DNA of 64,000 nucleotides from Cyanophora paradoxa CCMP329. Its lineage: Eukaryota > Plantae > Glaucophyta. The DNA lies in NCBI GenBank assembly GCA_004431415.1, contig QPMI01000071.1:186001-250000 (forward strand). Direction: 5' to 3'. Positions within the stretch are counted from its first letter, which is position 1, and each line of letters begins with the position of its first letter. Under the pieces are notes generated by a model. That model did no database searches, was not told where the DNA came from, and saw only the letters and a program-made list of their open reading frames with translations. Below, piece after piece: positions 60,101 to 64,000 of the stretch. The position numbers and the translations under genes were made by a program.

Positions 60101-63100
60101 GCAGGAATCAGCTGCAGAGGCAAGCTGTCTCTCAAAAGCATTCAGAGGCGCACTGTACAGCTGAGACACGGGAAGGACGACGTCGCTCGCGGTCGTGTTC
60201 GGGATCGACACGACAAACTCGAGCTGACCCGCGCCGTACTGTGCGCGGAGAGAGTCGAGAAGGGCCGTCGTAGTAAACGAAGGCACCGGCAGCAGGCCGG
60301 CGGTGAGAGCGACCGGCCAGTCAATGTACTCGAGCGACGCCACAGCAGAGTCCGATACAAGGCCGAGGTCGGAAGAGGAGGATGCGTTGGTGTAGCGCAG
60401 CCGGATCAGCAGCGGCTCGAGAAGCACGCCGTACAGGCGCCACTTCACTCGCACGCCCGACGCGATGTTGTCAACAATGGCATCTCCGGCGAACAGCCGA
60501 TACTCTGCAGAGAAGTCAGCTGCGAGCACAGCAGTGTCCCGACAAAAAAAGGCAAACCTCTCACGACGAACTCGGCGCTTTCGGCCCAAACGGAGGGGTC
60601 CGGCCCAAGCAGATCGACAGCGTAGCGTCTCACGCGCAGTCGGTAGCCAGCGACGGACGTGTTCAGCCACGTCGGCACTGTCCACATCGCCGCGGCAACT
60701 CCGGCAGCAGCTGAGTACGTCGCCGTGACTGATGTCCAATTTGCGATCGTTTCTCCACTTTCCGCGCTGTGCAGCGCGGCCCAAGCGCGCACGTTCGTGC
60801 GGTTCTCCATCGTTGCGTTCGTGACGTACGACCACGTAACGGATATGGAGCGGTTGTAGTACGCGATTTCGGCATCGAGCAGGCCAACCGCCGTGACGTT
60901 GAAGATGTACGGATCTGAGCCGACGTCAAGCTCAAACCATTGACATGCGGATGGAAATGATACTCACTCCAGAGGGCCACGCTCGCGTTGGAAGCCATGA
61001 GAGGCTCGTCGACAATGCGCGCGACAAGCTGAAGCCCAGCGGACGTGGAGGAGCAACCGACTGCACAAGCGCCACCTGCAAGCGGGCCCGTGAGGGACGT
61101 GGCCACGCCCAAGCCATTGAAATGCAGTCTCTTACCGCAACTAAGAGCGGACTGTGCGCTCTTTGATATGACCGCCTGCCACTTGCAGGATCCGAAGAAC
61201 TCCCGCTCGAAGTTCCAAACGAACCAGCCCGTCGAGGCGTTTTGCGATCCGAGGACAGAAAGAAGATCGCCGTTCGACCAGAGCTCGAGCTGCACTTGGG
61301 CGGAGTTGCGGACTGGAGAAGAGAACGACCACGAGGAGTTCGAGGGAGCAAACAGGTGCACGGAGCTTCGGTCGGCCGCTCCGCGGTTGGGAACCACGTT
61401 CGAAAACGCCGGGATGGGGACGGAATACGATGCGACGGCGCTGACCGTGTTCCCCTGTCCGGCGTAGAACGCGTGATACGTGTACGAGCGCCCGGGAAGA
61501 AAGACAATCGATGCGTCCGAACACGTAAAGGTGGCATTGTCGCTCGTGCAGATGGTTTCGTTCAGAGGCGCGCGTTGGACCGTTGTAGACATGATGGCGC
61601 CGGCAGAGCCATCGGTGGGAGCCGTGATCGAGACTACGACTCCGAGAGTGGACGCTGAACCCGGCAGATGGCTCATAACGGGTGCAGTCGGCGCCGTCCA
61701 CGCTACAATCGAAGAGCTGAGCAACGAGTCGGCGCCGGCTACTGTGCCGTCCGCGCTCTTCGTCGTGTAGTCGCTCACGTAGGTGTAGAGTCGGCCGGGG
61801 AGGAGGCCCGAGTCGACAACAGTTGTCAGCGTCGAGTTGATGTTCGGAGGAACGACAGTGACCGCCAACGACGAGTTGCGGTACAGGCGAAGGGATCCAA
61901 CACCGACCGCAGAGAAGTTCGCTGGCGGGACCCCTGCAACGAACACTGCGATGGCGCTCGAGTTGATCGTCGACGAGCCTTGCATGCTGGGTGCATCCGG
62001 CCGCTGGGTCGACAGGACAAGGGGCGACGAGAGCGACGAGTTAACGTGCGCCGTCGACACGAGGGCGCTGTAAGGGAAAGCTCTCCCTGGAGGCAGCCCG
62101 TCGTCCACGAAGGTCACTCCGGCACAGGAGTCAGATGCTGACGACGGGCACGGAGCGAGGATCCGTGATCCGTTCGTCGAGATCGTTCGGAGCGCCGTGC
62201 CGTTCCGGAAGACCATGACACGCGCGATGAACGACGAAAGACTGATATTTCCGTCAGTAGGGAACACGATATTGAAGGACAGCCGCGTGGCGGTGTGCGG
62301 AGGCTCCACCACCACCTGCCACTGTGTAGGAGCGTCGGGTGCCGGGTGCGTGACGGCGAGTGCGACGGACGTATTTGACGGCGACCAAACCGTCGTGAAG
62401 ATCGCAGTGTAACTCGCGCTGGATCCCGGAATCCGGCCCGAGTCGAGGAACCACGTCATGTTTTGAGCGAGAAACACAGTCATTGCACCGCCAGCGCCGG
62501 AGCGAGTCAGATTGGTTCCTGTCACAACTGAAGCGCTCCCGTCGATCGGGTACCTCACAGATATGTTCACTTGCGATGGAGTAATCCAGTCAATGGACAG
62601 AACGGGCGCCTGCGGAATAGATGCTGTGGCAAGGAAGATGGCTGAGAGGGACCCGCGGGAGAGGGCGCTGTCCGTGCTTTCCAACACCGTTCCTGCAATG
62701 CCGACTCCAAAGAACCGCGCCGTGTACGCGTATTGCCGCCCTGGCACCACGCTCCCGTCAACGTATTCGGCCAGCGCCCCGCCAGTGTAGTTGAACAGCG
62801 AAATTCCGTCGCGGTACATGTAGGTCTGTGTGAATTGAGCCGTTGAAGATCCACTGGCTGGCGCGATGCTGATTGTGATGTCTGTTGCACGAGACTTCAC
62901 CAGCGCCAGCGTCGGTGCGCGTGGGGCCGTGAGCGCCTGCTGAGGATCGCTGAGCGCTGATCGCTGCCATTGGCCCTGGGTTGTATAGTCTGCAGTGTAA
63001 AAGTAAAGCGTCTCCGATATGCGACCCACATCGATGACAGTTGTCGTAGACGCTGCCACGGTCGCGAACGGCGTGGCAGATCCGTTGCGATAGATGCTCA

Positions 63101-64000
63101 CGTTGCCAACGACGACGCCCGCTGTCACGGGCACTTGCACTCGAAGGGAGACGGTGTCGTTGCTCACGTCGGCCAGGCTGAGAGTCGGCTTAGGCGCGAG
63201 CTGCGTTGCGTTCATTGCTGCCACCGAGAACTCTGACGGACCCGCCGGCGACAGCAGCCGAGCTTGGCACTGGTAAGCCGTCCCCGGAAGCAGCGAAGCA
63301 AGGTCAATGACGAGCTCGCCACGGGGCCGGCGGACTGTTCCCACGGAGCCGTTGCAAACGATCTCTGTCCCGTTCGTTAGAGCCGCGCTTGCTGCGTCGC
63401 TTATCGTCACAGTCGCCTGCAGAGCCGTCGCGTTGAGTGGCGCCAGCGAGAGAGCCGACTTTGCAGGAGGCAGCGTCACAGTGTAGGCCGCCGACCAGGC
63501 CGAGGACCCCACGGACGAGTTCAAGCGTCCATGGCAAGCGTAGGCGGTGGCTGAAAGCAAGCCGGTCGCAATCGCTTGCGGGGAGGCGCGGGCCACTGTA
63601 TACGCCGTGCCATTGCAGACGATGGTAGACGTGATCCACAGCCCCGCGGTCGCGCTGTCCGTTGCTGAGACGGATATTTGGAGGCTCGTGGAGTTCAGTA
63701 CAACGAGTGCGAGAACAGGTGGCGACGGGAGCGTCGTCACGTTGAGGCTGCCGGGCTCGCTGGTGGTACCGCCTCTCCCGTCGAGGACACAGCTGTAGGT
63801 GTATGTTGTCGCATACACGACTTGTGCATCTACGAGATACCCTCCAGCTATGGCCGAGTATGCGCCTGCATCCCGCTTGCAGCGAGTGGCAACGACCAGC
63901 GAGGCGAACTGAGCCAGAGGCGACGCCTGTATCGTGACAGAGGGCTGCGTAGACGTGTTGATAAGCACGAGCGTCGGCGTAAGAAGCGCTGTCCACAGGT
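45132..64000 (-). CDS. Giant multi-exon receptor-like protein B (5'-partial), paralog of A, with additional N-terminal FN3 repeats and Ser/Thr-rich Ig-like (Kre9-like) domains
   Basis: ~3-kb exon at ~60,966-64,000 with FN3 motifs (GLLSATAYAC, DSGLLPGRLYTY), PDxSS/PDGTS..C units, PKD-like PGTYVVVGRASNEVS, IPT (PSRSPAIGGVDVDIVG), Cys-rich CPADFYQPFIGRPDCIDCPAN and ACPGGIDSCTEGY, TM GFLVLQYRPKYPWWEVVI, last exon ...ELVGICLDRPL* ending at 45132. Many ~50-80 bp introns. Confidence 0.8.

Noticed and set aside
23000-64000. Hundreds of overlapping 60-290 aa ORFs in the track
   Set aside because: They are antisense or off-frame shadows of GC-rich exons, or exon fragments running into introns, and are explained by the two spliced genes.

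Overview
Eukaryotic genomic DNA from a GC-rich, intron-dense protist or alga. The style is reminiscent of a glaucophyte such as Cyanophora, but that is an unverified impression. There are two compartments. (1) 1-~10,600 is the right arm of an AT-richer, intronless, gene-dense endogenous virus, most likely Polinton-like/virophage-class. It carries the C-terminus of a penton-like minor capsid protein, a patatin lipase fused to a discoidin domain, a 1,236-aa fibre-like protein with a C-terminal transmembrane anchor, a 1,320-aa tail-fibre-like protein with an S74 chaperone, two small ORFs, and a non-coding terminus ending in a GGGGG-CTA-CCCCC hairpin. It appears to be inserted about 25 bp inside an intron of a host gene. 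(2) ~10,600-64,000 is host DNA with three multi-exon cell-surface protein genes. One is a minus-strand gene with five ~1.42-kb tandem FN3-like+WSC modules and a mucin stalk, and it is the gene interrupted by the virus. The other two are convergent paralogous giant receptors (Ig/PKD/IPT/Cys-rich ectodomain, multi-pass TM region, long cytoplasmic tail). Small mobile elements are a hAT MITE with an 8-bp TSD, a 343-bp TRIM with 100-bp LTRs and a 4-bp TSD, and a possible poly(A) retro-remnant. Non-coding DNA is unusually rich in short palindromes, and several introns re-copy the preceding exon end. Most short ORFs in the supplied track are spurious GC-rich frames or exon fragments. Domain calls are by motif recognition only; no searches were run.
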